DNA from: Planctomycetota bacterium
GTDB taxonomy: Bacteria > Planctomycetota > B15-G4
Direction of reading: 5' to 3'
Length of the DNA stretch: 64,000 nt
Assembly (NCBI GenBank): GCA_038212275.1
Contig: JBBQUR010000020.1
Coordinates: 25,288-89,287 of the forward strand
Position 1 is the first letter of the stretch. Each line of letters begins with the position of its first letter. A program made the position numbers and the translations under genes. The notes beneath the pieces were generated by a model, which did no database searches, was not told the origin of the DNA, and worked only from the letters and a program-made list of their open reading frames with translations. Below are positions 1 through 8,661 of this stretch, piece after piece.

Positions 1-303
1 ATGTTTCTGCATCTCGGGTGGGAATTGCGTCGGAGCGGGTATCGGCACTTTCGCGGCGGCATGCGCAGCTCTTGCGGCGGTTCACGAGCCTGACCGTGAG
101 CTCGGCAGGACATGCTCGCGGACACGTGGCGCGTGTCCGATCGCGTGCTGCCGAAGGGCTTCGGTGTCGTCGAGTTCCGTGAACATCGTGGTGGTGGGCG
201 ACGGCGGCGCGGCATTCTACGGGCGGTCGCCGAAACGCGCAGCCGGCGGATTCCGGCGCCGGCGACGGTGCGTCGCGCCACCTCGGCCGCTACCGTAGCG
301 CCC

Positions 304-1944
304 ATGGCGACACCGGCCCCCATCCCCGCGCGCATGCCGCGGCAGATCCCGTTCATCATCGCGAACGAGGGCTGCGAGCGCTTCAGCTTCTACGGGATGC
401 GCAACATCCTGACCACGTTCCTGGCCGGCGCCTTCTTCGCCGGCCTGACGACGGCGGAGGCCGAGAGCGAAGCCAAGGACATCTTTCACGTCTTCGTGCT
501 GGGCGTGTACTTCTTCCCGTTGCTGGGCGGCTGGCTGTCGGACCGCTTCTTCGGCAAGTACCGCACCATCCTGTGGGTCTCGCTCATCTACTGCCTGGGG
601 CATGCATGCCTCGCGGCGTACGAGGACGTGCCCGGCGGCTTCTACTTCGGGCTGTTCCTCATCGCGCTGGGGTCGGGCGGCATCAAGCCGCTGGTGTCCA
701 CGTTCATGGGCGACCAGTTCGACCAGCGCAACAAGCACCTGGCCAAGGTCGCCTTCGACGGCTTCTACTGGATCATCAATTTCGGGTCCTTCTTCGCGTC
801 GCTCGTGATGCCCAAGCTGCTGCAGGGCTGGGGCCCCGCCGCGTGGTGGGGACTCTCGCCGGCGTCGGTGGCCTTCGGGATCCCCGGCATCCTCATGGCC
901 ATCGCCACGCTGTTCTTCTGGATCGGGCGCAGGCGCTACGTGATGGTGCCGCAGACGCCGCCGGATCCGCACTCGTTCGCGTGCGTGGTGCGCACCGCGC
1001 TCACGGCCCGCGGCGGCAGCCCGGGCGTCGCGGGCAGTCGAGGCGGCGTCGCGGGCGGCGACGGGGGCAGCCGCCCGGGCCTCGTGGTCGCCTGCCTCGG
1101 CGGGTTGTTCGCGCTCGGCTCGATCGCGCTCATTCCCCTGCTGCACTGGACCAGCGGCAAGGACATCGTCATCGCGCTCTGCCTCGCCCTGGTGTTCGTG
1201 CTCATCGGCGTGGGCACCGGCGCGTGGATGCAGCTCGAGCGCGCGCGCGGCAGCCATCCCGACGAGGCCGTGGACGGCGTGCGCTCCGTGCTCCGCGTGC
1301 TGGTGATCTTCGCGCTGGTCACGCCCTTCTGGTCACTCTTCGACCAGAAGGCCTCCACCTGGGTCTTCCAGGCCGGCGAGATGACCAAGCCCGACTGGTT
1401 CAGTCCGGCGCAGATGCAGGCCGTCAACCCGGCGCTGGTGCTGCTGCTCATCCCCTTCAACAATCTCGTCGTCTATCCCTTCATGCGGCGCCGCGGCCGC
1501 GAGCCGAGCCAGCTGGGTCGCATGGGACTGGGCATCGCGCTCTCCGGCGCGTCGTGGATTGCCGCCGGCTCGCTGCAGCTCGTGCTCGACGCCGGGCAGC
1601 CCGTTTCCATCGCGTGGCAGCTCCTGCCGTATCTGCTGCTCACGGCGGGCGAGGTGCTGGTGTCGGCGACGGGCCTCGAGTTCGCCTACAGCCAGGCGCC
1701 GCCCGCGATGAAGGGCGTCATCATGAGCTTCTGGAGCCTGGCGGTGACCGTCGGCAATCTGTGGGTGCTCATTGTGAATGCCGCCGTGAAGAACGATGCC
1801 GTCAACGAGGCCATCCTCGGCACGGGCCTGTCCCTCATCGCCTTCCAGATGTTCTTCTTCGCGGCCTTCGCCTTCGCCGCGGCGCTGGCCTTCCACGCCG
1901 TCGCGCGCCGCTACCGCATGGTGGACAACTACCGGCGAGCCTGA
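304..1944 (+). CDS. POT/PTR family proton-dependent oligopeptide transporter (MFS)
   Basis: EGCERFSFYG (ExxERFxYY-like) motif, GGWLSDRFFGKYRTI, GSGGIKP, FYWIINFGS, LEFAYSQAP; many TM segments. Start moved to ATG304 because TACCGT lies 7 nt upstream. Confidence 0.93.
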   Translation: MATPAPIPARMPRQIPFIIANEGCERFSFYGMRNILTTFLAGAFFAGLTTAEAESEAKDIFHVFVLGVYFFPLLGGWLSDRFFGKYRTILWVSLIYCLGHACLAAYEDVPGGFYFGLFLIALGSGGIKPLVSTFMGDQFDQRNKHLAKVAFDGFYWIINFGSFFASLVMPKLLQGWGPAAWWGLSPASVAFGIPGILMAIATLFFWIGRRRYVMVPQTPPDPHSFACVVRTALTARGGSPGVAGSRGGVAGGDGGSRPGLVVACLGGLFALGSIALIPLLHWTSGKDIVIALCLALVFVLIGVGTGAWMQLERARGSHPDEAVDGVRSVLRVLVIFALVTPFWSLFDQKASTWVFQAGEMTKPDWFSPAQMQAVNPALVLLLIPFNNLVVYPFMRRRGREPSQLGRMGLGIALSGASWIAAGSLQLVLDAGQPVSIAWQLLPYLLLTAGEVLVSATGLEFAYSQAPPAMKGVIMSFWSLAVTVGNLWVLIVNAAVKNDAVNEAILGTGLSLIAFQMFFFAAFAFAAALAFHAVARRYRMVDNYRRA

Positions 1945-2091
1945 GCGCCCGATTCGACAGCGACACGCACGCGCGTCCCGAGCTGCGCGCTTCAGCCGCT
2001 GATCGCACAACGGATCCGGCAGCAGATCGCAGGGCCGTCGGGTGCCGCCCATCCATCTCATGCTCGGCCACGGGAAGGATGCCGCGCCGGC

Positions 2092-3822
2092 TCACTGCCA
2101 GTGCACGTCCTGCCCTACCGGACACTCCACCTGGAAGACGTAGGCGATCGTGGTGGGGCTGCCGGCGGCCGCGTCGAGCGTCCAGCGCAGCATGCCGGAC
2201 TTGGGATCGAGCGTGTGCGGGCGGCTGGACTCGAGGAACGTGACCTGAATCTCCGCGGTGGTCGAGACGGGAATCTGGTCCGTCACCTCGACCTCGACGG
2301 CGCGCTGGTTGAAACTCTCGACCACGATCTCGTAGCGATACGTGATGACCTGCGACAGGCGGAAGGCCTCGGGCCCCTTGACGGTGCGCGAGACGAGATG
2401 CCTGTCCACGATGAGGCCGTCGTCCGGGCCGAAGCCGAAGGCGAGGCCCTCGTTCTGTGCGGCGCCGGACTGCTGCGATGTGCCGATGTAGGACTCGTCG
2501 CCGAAGATGGCCACGCTGCCCTCGAGGATCGGGTGGCCCGTCGTGTTCACGATCTCGCCCTGCAGCAGCACCGAGTTGCCCAGCGCGGGTGTCGCCACGT
2601 ACTTCAGCTTCGCGGGCACGGTTGCGCTGAAGGCCACGACCTTGTGTGGCGCCGAGTTGAACGGGATCGACTCGCGCTGCGCAACTTCGTAGCGCACCGC
2701 GGCGAAGCGGTCCACGAGCCTGGACATCGCGTTGCGGATCACGTCCGCGTTGAGGCCGTACTGGACCAGCGCCTGCTCGCTGTAGCGCGACAGCAGCTCA
2801 AGGTTCCGGCGGAAGGTCTCGCGATCCTGGCGCCGCTGGAAGCGCCCCGTCATCCACTTCTGCAGCGAGCCCTGCGCCACGGCGTTGAGCACTCCCACCT
2901 CCTGCGCGATCTTGATCATCTGCGTCGCATCGAGGCTGGCCTGCATCGGCGTGAGTTCGGGCAGCGCGAGTTCCAGGTCCGGCCGGGTCATCGCCAGCGA
3001 CAGCTCCACGTCGTCCCAGGCCTCGCCCGTCCACTGCATGACCTGGCCGTAGCCGGTGATTTCGATCTGCTCCGTCGCGCGGTCGAGGTGCACGTCGTAG
3101 CTGGGCTTCCACACGGCCCCCTCGACCATGTAGTGGATCTCGACGCGCGTCGGACCGCCGGTCTCGGAGTGGAACGAGACAAGCGCCTCCTTGACCTCCA
3201 ACGGCTGGCGGCCGGCGAATTCCTTGCGCTCGTCGCTGCGCGCGGAGAGCTCCTTGCCCAGGCTGCGCTCGTGCGCCTCGATGGCGCGACGCTGATCGTC
3301 GCAGCGCTGGAGGCCGGCATCCACGAAGGCGAGCACGTTCTCCCACTCCGCGACGGTGGGCCGGCTGTCGGTCAGCTCGCGCGTCATGTCGCCGCCCAGC
3401 CGGCCCTTTACCGACGCGTAGAACGCGGCCTGCTCCGCCAGCCGCGCCTTGCCATCCGACTCCGCCGACAGCTCATCCGTCAGCTCCTGGATGCGCGCAT
3501 CCAGCACGTTGATTTCCTCCGAGACCGACTCGTTGAGGAACACCTTCTGGATCTCGGTGCCGGCGATCCGCGCCCCCGCGGAGACGCTGGCTCGCAGCGT
3601 GTTCGGATTGAGAAGCGGAATGAGATTGAGAAAGCGCACGGCATTGAGGCCAGGCACCGCTTCCACGCTGATCTCCCGCGTGACCTCCGCGTGCTCCGGG
3701 TACACGACGACATGCGTGATGCGCGAGGCGCCGGGGGCCGGCGGCTGCGGGGTGGCGGGCGGCTGCTGCACGAAGCTTGCGGCCAGCATCAGCGGCACGA
3801 CGAAGAGGTCATTCCCGAACAT
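2092..3822 (-). CDS. DUF4140/DUF4139 (MuiA-like) exported protein
   Basis: ITHVVVYPEHAEVTR N-terminus, coiled-coil middle, WKPSYD and QWTGEAWDDVELSL, C-terminal DQIPVS...GMLRWTL. Start at ATG3822 with GGAGA upstream. Confidence 0.85.
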   Translation of the reverse strand: MFGNDLFVVPLMLAASFVQQPPATPQPPAPGASRITHVVVYPEHAEVTREISVEAVPGLNAVRFLNLIPLLNPNTLRASVSAGARIAGTEIQKVFLNESVSEEINVLDARIQELTDELSAESDGKARLAEQAAFYASVKGRLGGDMTRELTDSRPTVAEWENVLAFVDAGLQRCDDQRRAIEAHERSLGKELSARSDERKEFAGRQPLEVKEALVSFHSETGGPTRVEIHYMVEGAVWKPSYDVHLDRATEQIEITGYGQVMQWTGEAWDDVELSLAMTRPDLELALPELTPMQASLDATQMIKIAQEVGVLNAVAQGSLQKWMTGRFQRRQDRETFRRNLELLSRYSEQALVQYGLNADVIRNAMSRLVDRFAAVRYEVAQRESIPFNSAPHKVVAFSATVPAKLKYVATPALGNSVLLQGEIVNTTGHPILEGSVAIFGDESYIGTSQQSGAAQNEGLAFGFGPDDGLIVDRHLVSRTVKGPEAFRLSQVITYRYEIVVESFNQRAVEVEVTDQIPVSTTAEIQVTFLESSRPHTLDPKSGMLRWTLDAAAGSPTTIAYVFQVECPVGQDVHWQ

Positions 3823-4005
3823 CGCTGCGTCTCTCCAGCCTCGGTGCGCACGGCGCCCGTCCGGAGGCGGAGCCGCAGCCGCGTCTTGAAGAGACACAGC
3901 GGACGGCACGCGCTCCGGATCTGCCGACGATGAAGTAGCGGCACGCGACGCGTGGTTACACGTCGCGTCGCTCAGCCGGCCGTCGCGCTCAGCTGGCACG
4001 CGCGC

Positions 4006-4563
4006 TCAGTCGGTTGTCGCACTCAGCCGGCCCGCGCGCAGTTCCTGATCGAGGCGCATCAGCGCGCAGAGCGTCTTGCCGTCGGTGATCTCCCCGCGTG
4101 CGACGAGCTCCAGCGCCTCGGCGAACGGAAGGCGCACCAGCTCGATGAGTTCATCCTGCTCCAGCGCCTGCGGCACCGCTGAGAGCGCCGTCGCGGCGTA
4201 GAGCCAGATGCGCTCGTCGGTGAAGCCCGGCGTCGTGTGGATCACGCCCAACGGGGTCAGCACGCCGGGCAGCAGCCCCGCCTCTTCCTGCACCTCGCGC
4301 AGCGCGCACTGCTCGGGCGACTCGCCCGGATCGAGCTTTCCCGCCGGCGCCTCGAGGATGGTGCCACCCGCCGCGTAGCGATACTGCCGGATGAGCGTGA
4401 GGCTTCCATCTTCGTGCAGCGGCAGCACCGCGGCCGCGCCTGGATGCTCGATGAATTCCAGATCCACCTCCTGGCCGTCGGGAAGCCGCACGCGATCCAC
4501 GTTCACCGTGAGGATGCGTCCCCGGTACGCAACGCGGCGCGAGATGCGTTCGCTCATGCTCAT
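4006..4563 (-). CDS. Nudix hydrolase, ADP-ribose pyrophosphatase-like
   Basis: EHPGAAAVLP, RQYRY, Nudix box GKLDPGESPEQCALREVQEEAGL, TPGFTDE, ITDGKT. Confidence 0.92.
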   Translation of the reverse strand: MSMSERISRRVAYRGRILTVNVDRVRLPDGQEVDLEFIEHPGAAAVLPLHEDGSLTLIRQYRYAAGGTILEAPAGKLDPGESPEQCALREVQEEAGLLPGVLTPLGVIHTTPGFTDERIWLYAATALSAVPQALEQDELIELVRLPFAEALELVARGEITDGKTLCALMRLDQELRAGRLSATTD

Positions 4564-4567
4564 CGTC

Positions 4568-4633
4568 GCCTCATCGCCGCCTCGTGGTCGCCTCGTGGTC
4601 GCCTCGTGGTCGCCTTGTGGTTGCCTTGTGGCC
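4568..4633. repeat. 11-bp tandem repeat GCCTCGTGGTC, about 6 copies
   Basis: Three exact copies at 4579-4611 plus degenerate copies on both sides, directly upstream of the Nudix start. Confidence 0.9.
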
Positions 4634-4653
4634 GCGCGCATGTCGCGGCTGTG

Positions 4654-5715
4654 TCAGCGGCCGGCCGGCGCCGGCGCTTCCGCAGAGACCGCCGGATCGG
4701 GCTCATGCGCCTTGGCGGCCCGCGCGAGTTCGGCCTCCGCGGCGATGCGACCGAAGGCGGCCCACATCTCCGCGCCGGCCACCTGCTTCAGGAGTTCCGT
4801 GCCGCGCTCGAGGTGGCCCTGCGCGAGCTGCCACTGCGCGATGCCGTAGCCCAGCGTCGCAAAGTCGACCGACGTTTCGCCCGTGGGTGCGAGGCCAGCG
4901 AGCACCTCGTCCGGGTCCTTCAGGCCGCGATAGACGAGCACCGCGTCGTGGTAGGCGTGGTAGTCCACGATGTCCATCTCGGGCGTGATGGACGCGATGG
5001 CCGCGGCTGCCTCGTCGGGGCGCCCGAGCTTCTGCAGCGTCAGCCAGGTCCAGTGCGCGACCATCGCGCGGCCGTCGCCGTTCTTCACGCAACGGCCCGT
5101 GGCCTCCCATTCGGCCAGCGCGGCTTCCCACTCGCCGCGCATGTAGTGCGCCAGGCCGAGGTGGTAATGGATGTTCTCGTGGAAGGTGTCGAGCACCACG
5201 CCCAGGCTGTTCGGGTTCGTCGGCGGCTCGTCCTCGTCCGGCTGGCCCTGCACGAGTTCGGCGGCGCGCGCGAGGTCCTCGACGGCCTTGTCGAACTGCC
5301 GCAGCGTGATGTAGCGGTGGCCGCGGAAGCGCAGCAGGTGCGCGTCCTCGGGATGCAGCTGCAGGCCCACGCTGAAGAGCGCGACGGCCTCCTTGTACTT
5401 GCCCATGGCGGCGAAGCGGCGCCCGAGCCAGGTGATGGACTCGGGGTCGTTCGGGCGCTCGCCGTAACGCTGCTGCGCCTTCTCGAGCGCCTGCTTGGCG
5501 CGCGCGAGCTCCGCGGCCGGCAGGGGCGGAATGTCCAGCGGCTCCCCGAGGAGCGACGTGGTCTGCGGCGTGGCGGCCGGTGCGGCCACCCTGGCGCCGG
5601 CCTGCGGATGCACCTTGGCGGCGGCGTCCTGGGGTGCGGCCGGAGGCGCCATCAGGGCAAGACCCAGGCACACGCTCGCGCACCGAACTGCCGCCATCGC
5701 CGATCGTGCTGACAT
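4654..5715 (-). CDS. Exported TPR-repeat protein
   Basis: Signal-like N-terminus, TPR-like helices (WLGRRFAAMGKYKEAVALF, RFRGHRYITLRQFDKAVEDL, YHLGLAHYMRGEWEAA). GAGG lies before ATG5715; the 5' extension in the ORF track is antisense to sodC. Confidence 0.8.
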   Translation of the reverse strand: MSARSAMAAVRCASVCLGLALMAPPAAPQDAAAKVHPQAGARVAAPAATPQTTSLLGEPLDIPPLPAAELARAKQALEKAQQRYGERPNDPESITWLGRRFAAMGKYKEAVALFSVGLQLHPEDAHLLRFRGHRYITLRQFDKAVEDLARAAELVQGQPDEDEPPTNPNSLGVVLDTFHENIHYHLGLAHYMRGEWEAALAEWEATGRCVKNGDGRAMVAHWTWLTLQKLGRPDEAAAAIASITPEMDIVDYHAYHDAVLVYRGLKDPDEVLAGLAPTGETSVDFATLGYGIAQWQLAQGHLERGTELLKQVAGAEMWAAFGRIAAEAELARAAKAHEPDPAVSAEAPAPAGR

Positions 5716-5923
5716 GGGACCTCTCCGACACCCGGTTCGCGGCCGTCGCCGCAGCACGCGCTGCGGGACCGGCGGATCGCCCGTGATGGTACAGCGCGAG
5801 CGCCGGGCACCGATGGCAAAGTCACTCGCATCTGGACGAGCCCGCTGCGGTTCGGAGAATGAGCCGGGCATTCTGCGTGCCATGCGCGAGTCTGCCCCGC
5901 CGCCCGCCGGCCTGCCCGGCGGG

Positions 5924-5963
5924 CCACGCATCCACGCATCCACGCATCCACGCATCCACGCAT
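5924..5963. repeat. 8-bp tandem repeat (CCACGCAT)x5 in the sodC leader, preceded by a GC hairpin (5903-5923)
   Basis: Read directly from the sequence. Confidence 0.95.
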
Positions 5964-5998
5964 CAAGGCTCCGCTTCCCATCCCGATCCGAGGTCGAC

Positions 5999-6622
5999 AT
6001 GAAGACGAGTTCACTGTCCTGGTGCTGTCTGCTCCTGCTCGCGGCGTGCGCGTCGCACGATGACGGCTCGAAGGCGAAGGACGCGCAGTCCAAGGCCGCG
6101 ATGAAAGCGCCCGTCGCGGCGACGACGACCGGCAGCACGGCCACTGCCCCGGACGGCACGATGCCGGCCAGTGCCCCGCGACGCGCGGTCGCCAAGCTCG
6201 TGGCGGCGTCCGACTCGAACGTCACCGGGACGGTCACCTTCACGCAACAGGCCGGCGGCGTCGAGGTGCGCGCGCACGTCGAGCACCTCACGGCCGGCAA
6301 GCACGGCTTCCACGTCCACGAGATGGGCGATTGCAGCGCGCACGACGGCGCCTCGGCGGGCGGCCACTTCAACCCTGACACCAAGCCGCACGGCGACCGC
6401 CTCGCCGCCGAGCGCCACGTCGGCGATCTCGGCAATCTCGTCGCCGACGGCTCCGGCGTCGCGGACGTCGTGTTCGTCGACACGGAGCTCGCGCTCTCCG
6501 GCCCGCATTCGATCGTGAACCGCTCGATCATGGTGCACGCCGACCCCGACGATGGCACCACGCAGCCCACCGGCAACTCCGGCAAGCGCATCGCCTGCGG
6601 CGTCATCAATGCCGAGCCGTAG
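5999..6622 (+). CDS. sodC: Cu/Zn superoxide dismutase, lipoprotein
   Basis: Lipobox LLAAC; HGFHVHE, GGHFNP, HG...HVGDLGN, HADPDD, GNSGKRIACG; GAGG before ATG5999. Confidence 0.96.
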   Translation: MKTSSLSWCCLLLLAACASHDDGSKAKDAQSKAAMKAPVAATTTGSTATAPDGTMPASAPRRAVAKLVAASDSNVTGTVTFTQQAGGVEVRAHVEHLTAGKHGFHVHEMGDCSAHDGASAGGHFNPDTKPHGDRLAAERHVGDLGNLVADGSGVADVVFVDTELALSGPHSIVNRSIMVHADPDDGTTQPTGNSGKRIACGVINAEP

Positions 6623-6628
6623 ACGCAG

Positions 6629-6664
6629 GGGCTGAGGCGCCTTGCGCCGAGCCAGCCTCAGCCC
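6629..6664. terminator. Inverted repeat between convergent sodC and Mur-ligase genes
   Basis: GGGCTGAGGC (6629-6638) pairs with GCCTCAGCCC (6655-6664); no U-tract. Confidence 0.5.
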
Positions 6665-8580
6665 AGCCCCTCGCCGGGTTTCCAGCCGCGCGTCCGTAGC
6701 GACTCCAGCAGCGCGAGGCACTCGTCGCGCTGGCTGTGCAGGAAGAGGCCGAGCAGGTCGCCGGGGCGGGCCCAGGCCAGCGCGTCGCGCACGGCGTCCA
6801 GTTCCGACGGCGCGCGACTCACGCTCTCGGCGGGCGCGCCGAGGCGCGCGAGTTCCGCCTCGATGACGGCGGGTACTTCGCCCAGGGCGCGGCCGCGCAG
6901 ATCCTGCACCTGCTCCTTGACGATGACGCGGTCGGGACGCGCGCGCCACGCGATGCCGACCAGCGCGCGGATCGCGTCGTCGCTGCGGTCGCCGGCCTGA
7001 CCGAGGATGAGCAGGCGGCGCTGCGCCGGCAACGCGCCGAAGGTCTGCACGAGCGCGGTCATCGCGTGCACGTTGTGCGCGAAGTCCGCCAGCACCGTGA
7101 CGCCGTTCAGTTCGAAGCGATTGCCTCGTCCGGGGTTTGCCTCGCTGTCCGGCACGAAGCCGCGCAGGCCGCGCGCCATCGCGTCGACCGGCAGGTCGAG
7201 CGCGTCGGCCGCGAGGATCGCGGCCAGCGCATTGGCGAGGTTGTGCCGCGCCGCCCCGCCGAAGGCGACGGGCAGCTCCGCCGCGGCGACGATCTCGTCG
7301 CGCCGCGCGCCCCGTCGCAGGACGAGCATCCCGCCCTCCAGCAACGCGGCGCTGCCGCCGCGCGCGATGTGCGCCGCGACCTCCGGCTGATCGGCGCGCA
7401 GCGTGAACCACGCCAGCGCACCGTCGTGCTGCGCGGCGCGGGCGACGAGGCCCGCGTCGTCGGCATTGAGAATGAGCGGCGCGTGTCCCGTGCGGCCGCC
7501 GCGCTCCACGAGCCGGCCGACCACGGCCTTCGTGTCGATCATGCCGGCCAGGTCCAGCACGCCCCACTGCCCGAGGTGATCCTCCGCGACATTGGTGATG
7601 ATGGCGGCGTCGGCGCGCGTGAGCGGCAGGCCGCGACGCAGGATGCCGCCGCGCGCGGTCTCGCAGATCGCGAGCTGCACGCGCGTGTCGCGCAGCAGCG
7701 TGCGCGCGCCGTCGGGGCCGGCACAGTCGCCGCGCTCCACGATGTCGGAGCCCACGCGGATCCAGTCGGTGGACGTGAGGCCGGTGACCTTGCCGGCAGC
7801 GAGACCGATCGCGTGCAGCAGGCGCACCGTCGTAGACTTGCCGTTCGTGCCGGTGACGAAGACCACGGGGATGTCGTGCAGTGCGTCCCACGTCACGTCG
7901 GCGGGCGCGGGCAGCTCGGTCGTGTCGAAGACGCGGCTGCCGGTGCCGGTGCCGATCGATGTGCGCCGGTCGTCGCAGAGCAGCGCAATGCCGCGGCGGT
8001 GCGCCTCGCGCTGCAGCTCATCGAGGTGTGCGCGGCGACGCAACTCCTTGCGGTGCGAGGCGCGCAGCGCGTCGATCGAGGCGCCCATGTCGAAGGGCGC
8101 TCCGCGAACATCGGCCATCGCGGCGCGCACGGCGTGCTCGCACACCTCGGTCGCGGTCCACAGGCCGCTCTGCGGCGCTGAGACGGCCAGCGTCGCGCCG
8201 CGCAGCGGCCCCCCGCTCTGGTTGCGGCCGGCGAAGCGGCGCACGAAGACGCCCTCGCCCTCCCACGACAGCGCGTCGAGCAAGGTTCGGGCACAGGCCC
8301 TCCACGACGCGATGACCTGCCCGAGCATCATGTCGAGCGCTGCAAGCGAGGCGGCGTCGGGCACGCTGATCGAGGGTGGTGCCACCGGGTCGCGCCAGCC
8401 GGGCGGCGCGGGGAGGACGTGGTCGCCGCCGGGCTGCGCGGAACGGTCTTCGCCCCAGACCAGTTCGAGCGCGCCGCCGGGGCCGTCGTGCAGCAGATTG
8501 GGGCCGATCTGTCGACGGCTGTCGAAGACGTGCAGCGTGATCGTGCGCGTGTCGCCGTCCATCGGGGAGTCTTCGGTCAT
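6658..8580 (-). CDS. Cyanophycin synthetase-like Mur ligase lacking the ATP-grasp domain
   Basis: VTGTNGKSTT P-loop, ETARGGILRRG, TNVAEDHLG, LNADD, HNLANAL, PGRGN, DFAHN and AGDRSD are all collinear with the M domain of the adjacent CphA. Confidence 0.85.
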   Translation of the reverse strand: MTEDSPMDGDTRTITLHVFDSRRQIGPNLLHDGPGGALELVWGEDRSAQPGGDHVLPAPPGWRDPVAPPSISVPDAASLAALDMMLGQVIASWRACARTLLDALSWEGEGVFVRRFAGRNQSGGPLRGATLAVSAPQSGLWTATEVCEHAVRAAMADVRGAPFDMGASIDALRASHRKELRRRAHLDELQREAHRRGIALLCDDRRTSIGTGTGSRVFDTTELPAPADVTWDALHDIPVVFVTGTNGKSTTVRLLHAIGLAAGKVTGLTSTDWIRVGSDIVERGDCAGPDGARTLLRDTRVQLAICETARGGILRRGLPLTRADAAIITNVAEDHLGQWGVLDLAGMIDTKAVVGRLVERGGRTGHAPLILNADDAGLVARAAQHDGALAWFTLRADQPEVAAHIARGGSAALLEGGMLVLRRGARRDEIVAAAELPVAFGGAARHNLANALAAILAADALDLPVDAMARGLRGFVPDSEANPGRGNRFELNGVTVLADFAHNVHAMTALVQTFGALPAQRRLLILGQAGDRSDDAIRALVGIAWRARPDRVIVKEQVQDLRGRALGEVPAVIEAELARLGAPAESVSRAPSELDAVRDALAWARPGDLLGLFLHSQRDECLALLESLRTRGWKPGEGLG

Positions 8581-8609
8581 GGCGTGCGCGTCATCACGGT
8601 CTTGGGGCG

Positions 8610-8637
8610 TCGGGCTTCGGGCTTCGGGCTTCGGGCT
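8610..8637. repeat. 7-bp tandem repeat (TCGGGCT)x4 between cphA and its paralogue
   Basis: Read directly from the sequence. Confidence 0.9.
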
Positions 8638-8661
8638 GCTGGCTCCGGGGCCGCGCGCCGC

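Noticed and set aside
1..219. TAGAAT on the - strand (214-219) and a possible ATG at 12, suggesting a long leader for a gene beyond the window
   Set aside because: Cannot be evaluated at the window edge; no recognisable riboswitch.
304..1944. POT transporter (and the DAACS symporter) as cyanophycin-product importers
   Set aside because: Not operonic with the cph genes, and no isoaspartyl dipeptidase is in the window; proximity alone is insufficient.
3889..3922. GAGAC...CGCGCTCCGGATCTG resembling the 34-bp element
   Set aside because: The spacing is 4 nt longer and it points away from the nearest gene start.
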